Source: the human T2T-CHM13v2.0 reference genome, Homo sapiens. From it: a DNA stretch of 64,000 nt. The notes beneath the pieces were generated by a model. The model ran no database searches. It was not told the origin of the DNA and was given only the letters and a program-made list of their open reading frames with translations. Shown one piece after another: positions 28,129 through 41,290 of this stretch. The stretch lies in assembly GCF_009914755.1 (NCBI RefSeq), contig NC_060930.1; one strand, written 5' to 3'. Positions within the stretch are counted from its first letter, which is position 1. Each line of letters begins with the position of its first letter. The translations under genes were made by a program, and so were the position numbers.

Positions 28129-31100
28129 AGATCCATACCTCAAACTGTATACAAAAATTAAGTTAAAATGAATCATAGACCTAAATGTAAACCCAAAGCT
28201 ATAAAACTGCTAGAACAAAACAGAGAAGAAAACTTCATGACTCTGGTTAGGCAAAGACCTCTTAAATAAGACACCAAAAGCACAATCCGTTTGTTAAAAT
28301 GATACATTGGGATTTGTAAGAACTGAAACCTCTGCTTTTTTGAAACATGGGTAAGGAAATGAAAGATAAATATTTTCAAATTATATACCTGATAATGGGC
28401 TTACCATCAGACTATATCAAGTATTTTCAAAACTCAAAGGAAAAATATTCAGTTAAAAAATGAGCAAGAAAGGAGATGGAGCAAGATGGCTGAATAGAAG
28501 CCTTCACCAGTCATCCTCCCTGCAGGAACACCAAATTGAACAACTATCCACACACAAAAATTACCTTCATAAGAACCAAAATCAGGTGAGTGATCACTGT
28601 ACCTGGTTTTATGCTCATATTACTGAAAAAGGCAAGGAAGAGGAAAGGAAAGACAGTCTTGAATTGCTGTCACCACCCCTCCTGCACCCCCCAGCAGCAG
28701 CTGCATAGTGTGGAGCAAGAATCTGTGTGCTTGGGGGACAGAAGGCACAGTGATTGTGAGATTTTCCATTAGAACTTGGTGCTGCCCTGTCACAGTGGAA
28801 AACAACCCTGGCCAGAACTCAGCCAGCACTCACAGAGGAAGCATTTAGACCAGCCCTCACCAGAAAGAAATTGCCCTTCCCAGACGTCAGAACCTGAATT
28901 CTGGTAAGCCTCACCAATGCAAGCTAAAGTGCTCTTGGATTCTAAATAAACTTGAAAGGCAGTGTAGGCCACAAGGACTGCAATTCCTGGGCAAGTTCTG
29001 GTGCTGTGCTTCGCTCACAGCCAGTGGATTTAGGGGTATGCAACCTAATGAGATAATAGCTGGGGCAGCCAAGGGAGTACTTGCACCACCCCTCCCACCA
29101 CCTCAGGCAGTGCAGCTCACAGCTCTAGGAGAGACTCTTTCCCTCTCCTTGAGGAGAGGACAAGGAAAAGTAAAGAGGACTTTATCTTGCAACTTAGATA
29201 CCACCTCAGCCACAGTAGGACAGAGCACCAGGCAGAATCCTGAGGCCCGCATTCCAGGCCGTACCTTCTAGACAACATTTCTAGACATGTACTAGGCCAG
29301 AAGGGAACCTGCTATCTTGAAGTAAAGTACTTAGTCCTGGCAGGATTCATCAGCTGCTGATTAAAGAGCCCTTGGGCCCTGAATAGTCAACAGTGGTAGC
29401 CAGGAAGTACTCACCATGGGCCTTGGGTAAGACTCAGAGACAAGCTGGCTTCAAGCATGACCTAGCATATTCCAAGCCATAGTGGCTACAGGGAGAGCAA
29501 CCTTCTGCTTGAGAAAAGGGGAGGGAAGAGTGAAGGAGACTTTGTCTTGCAGCTTCCTTACCAGCTCTGTCACAGTTAGGTAGAGTACCAAGCAGGATCT
29601 TGGGGTCCCTGATTCTAGGCCTTAGCTCTTGGAAAGAATTTCTGGACCTGCTCTGCTCTGGGTCAGAGAGCATCCTACTGTCCTGAAGGGAGAGTCTCAG
29701 ACCTGGTAGCATTCAGCACAAGCTGACTAAAGAGCCCTTGGGCCTTGAGTGAACATTGGCAGTAGCCAGGCAGTACTTGCTATGGGCCTGGATCTATGCC
29801 AGCCACAGAGAGAGACTCCTCTGCTTGTGGAAAAGAGAGGAAAGAGTGGGAAGGACTTCATCTTGTGGCTTGGATGCCAGTTCAGCCTCAGTAGAATAGA
29901 GCAACAGGTAGATTTCTAAGGGTTTCAACTCTGGGCCCTGCTCCTGTATGGCATCTCTGAACCTACTGGGGCCAGGGGCAACTCATCACCCTGAAGGGAA
30001 GAAAACGGCATGGCTAGTTTTGCCACCTGCTAATTATAGAACCCTAGGGCCTTGAGTGAACGTAAGTGGTAGCCAGGCAGGCCTTGGGTGAGACTCAGTG
30101 CTGTGCTGGCTTCAGGTCTGACCCAGCACAGTCCCAGTGGTGGTGGCCAGAGGGTGCTTTTGTCACCCCTCCCCCAGCTCCAGGCAGCTCAGCGCAGAGA
30201 GAGACAGAAAGAGAGATAGCAGGGTGGAGAGAGAGAGACTCTTTGTTTAGGAGAAAATAAGGGAAGAGAATAAGAGTCTGTGCCTGGTATTCTAGAGAAT
30301 TATTCTAGATCTTAACTAAGACCATCAGGGCAGCATCTCTATGAGTTTGCGCAAGCCACAGCATTATTGAGCTTGGGGTACTCCCTAATGCAAATATGGC
30401 TGCAGTGATCAAAAACTTAGATTACAACACCCAAATCCCTATGAATACCTGGAAAGCCTTCCCAAGAAGGGTGAGTACAAACAAGCTCAGACTGTAAAGA
30501 CCAGTAAATACCTAACTCTTCAATGCCCAGACACTGGAGAACATCCACAAGCATCATGACCATCGAGGAAAACAGAATTTCACCAAAGCACTTAAATAAG
30601 GCACCAGGGGCCAATACTGGAGAGACAGAGATATGTGACCTTTCAGGCATAATTTGAAATGGCTGTTTTGAGGAAACTCAGTGAAATGCAAGATAACACA
30701 AAGAAGGAATTAAGAATTCTATCTAACAAATTTAACAAAGACATTGAAATAATTAAAAACAATCAAGAAATTCTGCAGCTGAAAAATGCATACTGAAGAA
30801 TGCATCAGAGTCTCTTAAGAGCAGAATTGATCAAGCACAAGAAATAAATAGTGAACTTGAAGACAGGCTATTTGAAAATACACAGAGCAGACAAAAGAAT
30901 TAAGCCCACCTACCAGATCTAGAAAATATCCTCAAAAGTGCAAATCTAAGAGTTATTGGCCTTAAAGAGAGGTAGAGAGAGAGATAGGGGTAGAAAGTTT
31001 CCTCAAATGATAATAACAGAGAACTTCCCAAACTTAGAGAAAGACCAATATTCAAATGCACAAAGGTTGTTGAACAGCAAGCATATTTAACCCAAATAAG

Positions 31101-32495
31101 ACTACCTTAAGACATTTAATAATCAAACTACCAAAGGTCAAGGATAAAGAAAGAACCTTAAAAGCAGCAAGAGAAAAGAAATTAATAACATACAATGGCG
31201 CTCCAATACATCTGGCAGCAGGTTTTCAGTGGAAACTTTACAGGGCAGGAGAGAGTGGCATCACATATTTAAAGTGCTGAAGGAAAAAGAAAAACTTTTA
31301 TCCTAGAATAATATATTCAGCAAAAAATATCCTTCAAACACTCAACAGAAATAAAGACCTTCCTAGACAAACAAAAGCTGAGGGACTTCATCAACACCAG
31401 ACCTGCCCTACAAGAAATGCTAAATGGAGTTCTGCAATATGAGAGAAAAAGACATTAGTGAGCAATAAGAAATCATCTGAAGGTGCAAGACTTGCTTGTA
31501 ATAGTAAGTACACAGAAAACCAAAAACACAGAATACTGTAACAGTATACTTGTAGCATGTAAACTACCCATATCTTGAGTAGAAAGACTATAAAGTAAGC
31601 CAATTAAAAATAGTAACTACAACAACTCTTCAAGACATAGACAATACAATAAGATATAAGTAGAAACAACAAAAAATTAAAATGTGGGGAACAAATTCAA
31701 GTGTGAAGTTTTTATTCATTTTCTTTTTTGTTCATCTATTAGTTGTTAGCTTATGTAATCAATATTAAGTTGTCACCAGGTTAAAATAAAGGATTACAAG
31801 AAATCCTTTGCAAGCCTCATGGTAACTGTAAATCAAAAAACATACAACAGATGCACAAAAAATTAAAAGCAAGAAATTAAAACATACCACCAGAGAAAAT
31901 TACCTTCACTAAAAGGAAGACAGGAAAGAAGGAAGATAAGACCACAAACCAACCAGAAAACAAATAACAAAATGGCAGGAGTAAGTCCTTACCTCTTATC
32001 AATAACATCGAATATAAAAGAACTAAACTCTTCAATCAAAAGATGTATAGTGGCTGAATGGATTTAAAAAACAAGACGCAGTGGTTTGTTGCCTATAGAA
32101 ACACATTTTACCTATAAAGACAAATATAGACTGAAAATAAAGGGATGGAAAAAGTTATTCCATGGAAATGGAAACAAACCAAACAACTAAACAAACGAAC
32201 ACAAAACAAAAACAAAACAGAAATAGCTATACTTAGACGAAATAGATTTAAAAACAAAAACTATAAAAATAGACAAAGAAGGTCATTATATAATGATAAA
32301 GGAGCCAATTCAACAAGATGATATAACAGTTTAAATATATATGCACACAACACTGGAGCACCCACATATGCAAAGCAAATATTATTAGAGCTAAAGAGAG
32401 AGATAGACCCCAATGCAATAATAGCTGGAGTTTTCAGCACCCTACTTTCAGCATTAGACAGTTCATCCAGACAGAAAATCAATAAAGAAACATTG

Positions 32496-32803
<308 letters not shown>

Positions 32804-35706
32804 AAAGAAACATTGGACTTAATCTGAATTATAGACCAAATAAAACTAGTAGATATTTACAGAACAGTTCATCCAGTGGCTGCAGAATACATATTCTTCA
32901 CCTCAGCACATGGACCATTCTCAAGGATATACCATATGTTAAGCCACAAAAAAATCTTAAAAATGTCAAAAAATATCAAATTATATCAGCTAACTTCTCT
33001 GACTACAGTAGAATAAAACTAGAAATCAACAACAAGAGAAATTTTGGAAAGGATACAAACATATGTAAATTAAACAATATGCTCCTGAGTGACCTCTGGG
33101 TCAATGAAGAAATTAAGCAGATAATTGTAAAACTTCTTGAAACAAATGACAACGGAAACACAACACACCAAAACCTGTAAAACATACCAAAAACCAGTGA
33201 AAGCAGTACTAAGAGGAAAGTTTATAGCTATACGTGCCTACATTTAAAAAGAAAATAAACTTCAAAAAGACAACCTAACAATGCATCTTAAATAAATAGA
33301 ACAGAAAAGCAAACCAAACCCAAAATTGGTAACAGAAAAGAAATAATAGAGATCAGAACAGAAATAAATGAAACTGAAGAGAAGACAATAAAAAAAGTCA
33401 ATGAAATGAAAAGTTGGTTTTTTTTTTGCGACGATAAACAAAATCAACAAACCTTTAGCCAGACTGAGAAGAAAGCAAGGAAGATACAAATAAATAAAAC
33501 CAGAGATAAAAAAGGAGACATTACTACTAATACCAGAAAAACTCAAAGGATCATTAGGAGATCATTAGTAGCTCATTAGTAGACTCATTAGTAGCTTCTA
33601 ATGATCCTTTGAATTTTTGTGATATTAGTTGTAATGTGTCCTTTTTATATGAGCAACTGTATGCCAATAACTTGCTCATATAAACTGGAATATTTAGAAG
33701 AAACAGGTTAATTCCTAGACACTTGCAACCTACCAAGATTGAACCAGGAAGAAATCCAAAACGTGCAGACCACTAACGAATGACAAGAGTGAAGCTGTAA
33801 TAAAAATTCTCCCAGCAATGAAAAGCTCAGGACCTGATAGCTTCACTGCTGAATTTTACCAAACATTTAAAGAAGAACTAATATCAATGCTACTCAAAGT
33901 ATTCTGAAAAAAATAGAGGAGGGGGAATTCCTCCAAACTCATTCTACAAGGCTAGTATTGTCTTGATACCAAAATCAGACATGGGCACATTAAAAAAAGA
34001 AAAGAAAAGAAAACTACAGGCCAATATGCCTGATGAATGTTTATGCAAAACTCCTCAGCAAAATACTAGGAAACCAAATTCAATAACACATTAAGCAAAT
34101 CATTCATCATGATCGAGTGGGATTTATCCCAGGGATGCAAAAATGGTTTGACATATGCAAATCAATCATGTGGTACACCATATCAATAGAATGAAGGACA
34201 AAAACCACATGATTATTTCAATTGATGCTGAAAAAGCACTTGATAAAATTCAACATCCCTCTATTATAAAAACCCTAAAAAACTAGGTATAGAAGGATAA
34301 TACCTCAACACACTAAAAGACATATACAAAAGGCTCACAGCTAGTATCATACTGAATGGGGAAAAACCAAAACCCCTTCTTCTAAGAACTAGAAAATAAC
34401 AAGAATATCCATTCTTGCCACTATTATTCAACATAATAATGGAAGTCCTAACTAGAGAAATCAGACGAAAGAAATAAAGGTGTCCAAATTGGAAAGGAAG
34501 AAGTCAAGTTATCTTTGTTTGCATATGGTATGATCTTATAATTGGTAAAACCTAAAGACTCCACCAAAAAAAAAAAAAAACATTAAAATTGATAAACACA
34601 TTCAGTAATGTGGCAGGATACAAAATCAACATATAAAAATCAGTAGCATTTATATAGCCAACAACAAACAACCTGAAAAACAAATCAAAAAAGTAATCCA
34701 ATTTACAGTAGCTATAAATAAAAATAAATACCTAGGAATTGACTTAACCAAAGAAATGAAAGGCTTACACAATGAAAACTATAAAATATTGCCAAAATAA
34801 ATTGAAAAGAATACAAAAATCAAAAGATATTCTATGATCATGTATTGGAAAAATCAATATTATTAATTATCTATACTACGTAAAGCGATCTAGAGTTTCA
34901 ATGTGATCCCTTTCAAAATACCAGTGACATTCTTCACAGGAATAGAAAATACAATTCTAAACTAAGTGTCCATCAGCAGACATATGGTATATGGAACCAC
35001 AATCGACCTAGAACAGCCAAAGCTATGCTGAGAAAAAGGAACAAAACTGGAAGAATCACATTATTTGATCTCAAATTATACTACAGAGCTAATAGTAACT
35101 AAAGCAGCATAGCACTGGCATGAAAACAGACACATAGACCAATGGAACAGCATAGAGAACCCAGAATCAAATCCATACATCTACAGTGAATTCATTTTCC
35201 ATAAAGGTGCCAAGAACATACATTGAAGAAAGGACAGTGTCTTTGATAAATGATGCTGGGAAAACTGGATATTCATATGCAGAAGAATGAAACTAGACCC
35301 CTATCTCTCACCACATAAAAAAATCAAACCAAAATGGATTACAGTCTTAAATCTGAGATATCAAACTATGAAACTACTAAAATAAAACATTAAGGAAACT
35401 CTCTAGGACATTGGCCTAGGCAAAGATTTCTTGAGTAATACTGCAGAAGCACAGGCAACCCAAGCAAAAATGGACAAATGGGATCACATCAAGTGAAAAA
35501 TCTTCTGCACTGCAAAGGAAACCATCAACAATGGGAAGAGACAACCCACAGAACAAGAGAAAACATTTGCAAACTACCCATCTGAGAAGGAATTGGTAAT
35601 CAGAATATATAAGAAACTAAAAAAATTAAATAGGAAAATATCTAATAATTTGATTAAGAAATGGGCAAAAGATCTGAATAGACATTTCTCAAAAGAAGAC
35701 TTATAA

Positions 35707-36010
<304 letters not shown>

Positions 36011-37096
36011 GACATACAAAGACATACAAATGGTAAACAGGCATATGAAAAGGTGTTGAACATCACTGATCATCAGAGAAATGCAAATAAAAACTACAAT
36101 GGGATATCATCTCCTACTTAAAATGGATTTTATCCAAAACACAGGAAATAACAAATGCTGGTGATTATGTGGAGAAAGGTGAACCCTCATACTCTATTGT
36201 TGGGAATATAAATTCATACCATCACTATGGAGAACAGTTTGGAAGTTCCTCAAAAAACTAAAAACAGAGCTACCATATGATCTAGCAATCCCACTGCTAT
36301 GTATATACCCCCTCCCCTAAAGGGAATCAGCATACTGAAAAGATATCTGCACTCCCATGTTTATTACAGCACTATTTGCAATAACCAATATTTTGAAGCA
36401 ACCTAAGTGTCCATCAGCAGACAAATGGGTAAAGAAAAGTGGTATTTATACACGATGGAGTACTGTTCAGCCACAAAAAAGAATAAGATCCTATCGTTGG
36501 CAAAAACATGGATAAAACTGGAGGTCATTATAATAAGTAAAATATGCAGGCACAGAAAGGCACACTTCACATGTTGTCACTTATTTGCCAATGCTAAAAA
36601 TTGAAACAATTGCACTCATGGGGATAGAGAGTAGAACAATGGTTACCAGAGGCTGGGAAAGGTAGCTGGGGGGAGAGGGTTAGTGGAGGTGGTTAATAGG
36701 TACAAAAATACGGTGAGATAGAATGAATAAGATCTAGTGTTTGACAGCACAACAGGTTACTACAGTCAACAATAATTTATGGTACATTTAAAAATAACTA
36801 AAAGAGTATAATTGGATTATGTCAACATTGAGGTGATGGATTTACTCTGATGTGATTATTATGCATTGTCTGCCTACATCAAAATATCTCATGTACTCTG
36901 TAAATATATGCATCAAACATGTACTCACGAAGATTGAAAATGTTTTTAAATAATAAAAATAAATGAGCAAAACATCTGATCAGACATTTTTTCAAGGAAG
37001 AGACACCTGTGACAAATTAGCATATAAAAGATGTCCGAAATTATTAATCATTAGGGAAATATAAAAAGCATAAGTTATTATTACACACTTATTAAA

Positions 37097-37560
37097 TTTT
37101 TTGTTCTTTTAAATGTATTACTAAAGTGTAATTTACATACAGCAAAATTTACCCTTTTTAGTGAACAACTATGTGAGTTTTGACAAGCAGAGGTTTAAGT
37201 TTGGACAAAGTTCAATTTATCACTTTTTAAAAGTGGGTTGTGCTTTCATTGTCTAATTATTTAAAAGATCTTTGCCTAAAGAAGAGGCATGAAGCTTTTC
37301 TCCTATGTATTCTTCCATCGGTTCTATAGCTTTAGGTTTTACATTTAAGTCTATGATTTATTTTAGCTTAATGTTTCTATTCACTTCTATCTATTGTCTT
37401 CAAGTCAATAGATAGAAGATTTCCATCGCCTGCCCCAAAATTCCCCTGTATCTCTTTGTCAAATTCCTTCTTCCATCATAGCCCCTGGAAACTATGGATC
37501 TGTGTTTTTGCCTTGTAGTTTTGCCTTTCCAGAATGTCATATAAATAGTACCACATATAT
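37097..37560 (-). mobile_element. Antisense L1M 3'-end fragment with an embedded ORF2 piece
   Basis: TAATTTACATACAGCAAAATTTACCCTTTTTAGTG; TTTTGCCTTTCCAGAATGTCATATAAAT. Confidence 0.7.
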
Positions 37561-37682
37561 AGCTAAAATGTTTAAAATAAAGAAGAAAAGACAACAGTGA
37601 CAGGTACTGGTAAGTATGCAAAGCAAATGGAACTCTCATACATCAGAATGCATATTGGTACAGCCACTTTGAAACATGTTTG

Positions 37683-37965
37683 TTGTAGGAACAGAAAACC
37701 AAGTGCTGCCTGCTCTTACTTATAACTGAGAGCTCAACATAGAGTACACACAGACACAAAAGAACAATAGACACTGGGGCCTACTTGAGGGCGTAGGCTG
37801 GAAGGAGGGTGAGGATCAAACAACTGCCTATCGGGTACTAGGCTTATTACCTGGGTGACAAAATAATCCGCACACCAAACCCTCAGAGACACCCAATTTT
37901 CCCATGTAACAAATCTGCACAGGGGCCTTCTGAACCTAAAATAAAAGTTGGAAAGAAAAAAAAAA
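37683..37965 (+). mobile_element. L1PA15/16-like 3' fragment
   Basis: GACACTGGGGCCTACTTGAGGG...GGATCAAACAACTGCCTATCGGGTAC...AAAATAAAAGTT plus A tail; degenerate TSD GAAACATGTTTG / AAAACAGTTTG. Confidence 0.88.
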
Positions 37966-38586
37966 AACAGTTTGAGAGTTTCTTAAAAAAAAGTTCAGTA
38001 CATAGCTACCATATGACCCAGCAATTCCACTCCTAGATATTTTCCTAAGTGAAATAAAAGACTATGGCCACACAAAAGTCTGTGTGTAAATATTTATAGC
38101 AGCTTTATTTGTGGTCATCAAAACTGAAACTCAAATTTCCTTTAACTGGTGAGTGGATAAATCGTGATACCTCTATACAATGGAACATTACTCAGAAATA
38201 AAAAGGGACAAACTGATATATGCAGCAACATGGATGTCTCTCAAGTGTATTATGCTGAGTGAGAGAAGCCACACTAAAAGGAGAATGGTCCCATTTATAC
38301 AACTCCTCTTATATTACATTTTGGAAAAGGCAAAACTTCAAGGTAGGAAACAGATCCCTAGTTTCCAGGGACTGGGGTGAGAGGAGGAGTTCAACAAGGG
38401 GAATGGGGAATTTGGGAGAATAATGGAACTCTTCTATTAACTTGAGTACCACATGCACTTGCCAAAACACTAAAAAAGGTAAACTTTGGTAGATGTAAAT
38501 TATGCCTTACTAAAGATGTTAAAAAGAACCAAAACTTTTTTTGTTAAAAAAGGAGGGGTAAAGTAGAGGTAGGATCCAAACTCCTC

Positions 38587-38864
38587 TTTTTTTTTGAGAT
38601 GGAGTCTCGCTGTGTCTCCCAGGCTGGAGTGCAGGGTGCTATCTCGGCTCAATGCAACCTCCGCCTCCTGGGTTCAAGCGATTCTCCTCCTGAGTAGCTG
38701 GAATTACAGGCGCATGCCACCACGCCCGGCTAATTTTTGTATTTTTAGTAGAGATGGGGTTTCACCATGTTAGTCAGGCTGGTCTCGAACTCCTGACCTC
38801 GTGATCCGCCTGGTTTGGCCTCCCAAAGAGCAGGGATTACAGATGTAAGCCACTGCACCCAGCC
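38587..38864 (-). mobile_element. AluS (Sg-like) with ~10-bp internal deletion
   Basis: TSD CAAACTCCTCTTTTT; ATTCTCCTCCTGAG lacks GCCTCAGCCT. Confidence 0.94.
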
Positions 38865-41010
38865 CAAACTCCTCTTTTTTTTACAGCTGAAACTGATACC
38901 AGATAATGTAGTGTCCCTTTGTGGAGAAGTTATTGAAGTTAGAGACTGTGCCCAACAAGAGCTGGCCCCAGGCCCAGGGCCAGGTTTCCATATCTAAGCT
39001 TACTGCATGGTGAGACCAGTCTGAACAATGCTCTCTGCAGGTAGACCACAAGAGACGGGTGATGGAAGAAGCTGAGCTACAGGTATTCTGGTCCTCTCCC
39101 AAACCCTCCAATCAGGCAATTCACTCCACTTCCGTCAGAGGAGTAGTGGTGGGTTTTCAATAAATCTCTCCTTGTAGAAAACAGAAATGGGAAAGAAAAT
39201 GTGTCTGCTCATATTGCCAATCAACATTTCTTTCATGAAAAATTTAAGCATATTGGAAGCTAACAAAGTGTAACTACAGGATTTTTTTTAAATTTATTTT
39301 CCAGCAAGTGCCCAATCCTCCTAAATCACCATCTCTAGAAAACTCATTTTTCTGCAAGAAATCATCAAATGAGCATGTTCCACTGCTTATACATGTTCTA
39401 AATAGATGATATAGGTTCCGCTGCAATATTCACTTGACTCTGTGTCATTTAAGTCTCCGTGACTTTTTATAGGTACAGATTTTATAGCAGCCAGGGATCA
39501 TGTCTGTTTAATTATTGATGCATAGTGCCTAACATAGCATCGTGGAGATATAATCAGTTAAATATTACTTCTGATTGATATGACGATGTGTACACATCAC
39601 TTTAAGTATGAATTTTTTGTAATTTAGTTTATTCATCCATCATCTCTCTGCTCTCAAGAATTTTTCTTTACTAAAATTCTCATAATTTAATGCAATTTTT
39701 ATTTAAAAAATATCCATGCACAACTAGAACCTGAAAAAATTGACTGTAATAATTTTAAAATTTGAGGCCTGCGTTAACATGTTTTTCGGTAATGATCATA
39801 CACTTATTCACCTAACCTATTTATGTTTTCTTTGGATTCACTATTTTTGAATTCTTGCTACCATTTTAAATGGTATATTAGGTTCTAAAATGAACCTGTA
39901 GGAGAGGTCAGTTCAATAAATGAAATTCGCTTTCAATTATATATATTAATAATTTGGTGAGCTATGGTAAATTATTTGGGAATTTGGGTCTATATATTCT
40001 TCTCAGAAAGTAAGCCCAGAGATACTCAGAGGTGCTACCAATTGGGGATTGTAATGGAGCTCTTGATTCTATTACATGCATCACAGACTTTCTGGTGTAC
40101 CCCCAACTGAAAGTTCCTTTAAAATAAGCCTCAGGGACCATAGAGAGATTGATCATTTATCTGAAATAATGTTATTTCTGTGGTTTAGTCTGTTTGTGCA
40201 ACCTCTGGAAAATATTTTCTATCTTATCTTATAATAAAAATGTATTGTTCACCATTGGAGGAATCTATTTTAGTGACCTATTTTGGGTATTTTCCCGTTA
40301 TGGCAAATAATATACTTTTAATGTATTTTTTATAATGATGCTATTCTTTATTCATTTTTATAAGGAAGTACATAATCTAGTACATAATCATTTAAAAGCA
40401 AAAGGCAAAAGATTAGCTTATGAACCAGAAAAGTATATACTTATATAGTTACATATAGTACGCTAACATTTTATAAATCAATATGAAAGAAACAGAAATT
40501 GTGCAAAAAATATGTATGCTTTAACAGAATATAGGCCGTTTGGCAGAGTGTTTTCTTTTTACTTGTTAAAGGAGTACACTGAAGCACTCGGTTTTATTCA
40601 TCATCAAGCCTCATTTTTCTGCTATTGTATGAGAATTCAATAAGTGAATTTTCCAGATAACTGAAGTATAATTTTAATATTCTTCACTGTACTTATTTAC
40701 CGTTCTACCCTCAATGGGAAGTACTCTAATATTCGTTAAATATTATATGACCTTCCTAATAAAACACTTTGAACACAATATAAACTTTTCTTGATAACGT
40801 GGGGTCACTATTAAAACCATGTTACCTCGATTGTAAGACTTCTTCCTATTAGGGAACACCACTGCTACAAAAATAAGACTTCCAGGGAAAAAAATAAAGC
40901 AATATTAAATATACTAATTGACAAGATACATACATCTCAATTGCAAAACATTAAAATGTGGGCGAGAAGAAATTACATATTCAAATGTAGAAACTGTGTT
41001 GATATTAATT

Positions 41011-41290
41011 TTGTTTTTTTATTTTACTTTAAGTTCTGGGATACATGTGCAGAATGTGCAGGTCTGTTACATAGGTATACATGTGCCATGGTGGTTTGCT
41101 GCACCTATCAACTCGTCATCTAGGTTTTAAGCCCTGCATGCATTAGGTATTATCTTAATGCTCTCCCTCCTTTTGCCCCCCACCCCCCAACAAGCCCTGG
41201 CATATGATGTTCCCCTTCCTGTGTCCATGTGTTCTCATTATTCACCTCCCACTTATGAGTGAGAACATGCAGTGTTTGGTTTTCTGTTCT
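41011..41290 (-). mobile_element. L1PA7/8-like 3' fragment
   Basis: TACTTTAAGTTCTGGGATACATGTGCAG...TTTTAAGCCCTGCATGCATTAGG; TSD TATTAATT (41003-41010 / 41291-41298). Confidence 0.93.

Noticed and set aside
36011-36030. GACATACAAA tandem duplication after the Alu tail
   Set aside because: Ordinary slippage next to a poly(A) tail and TSD
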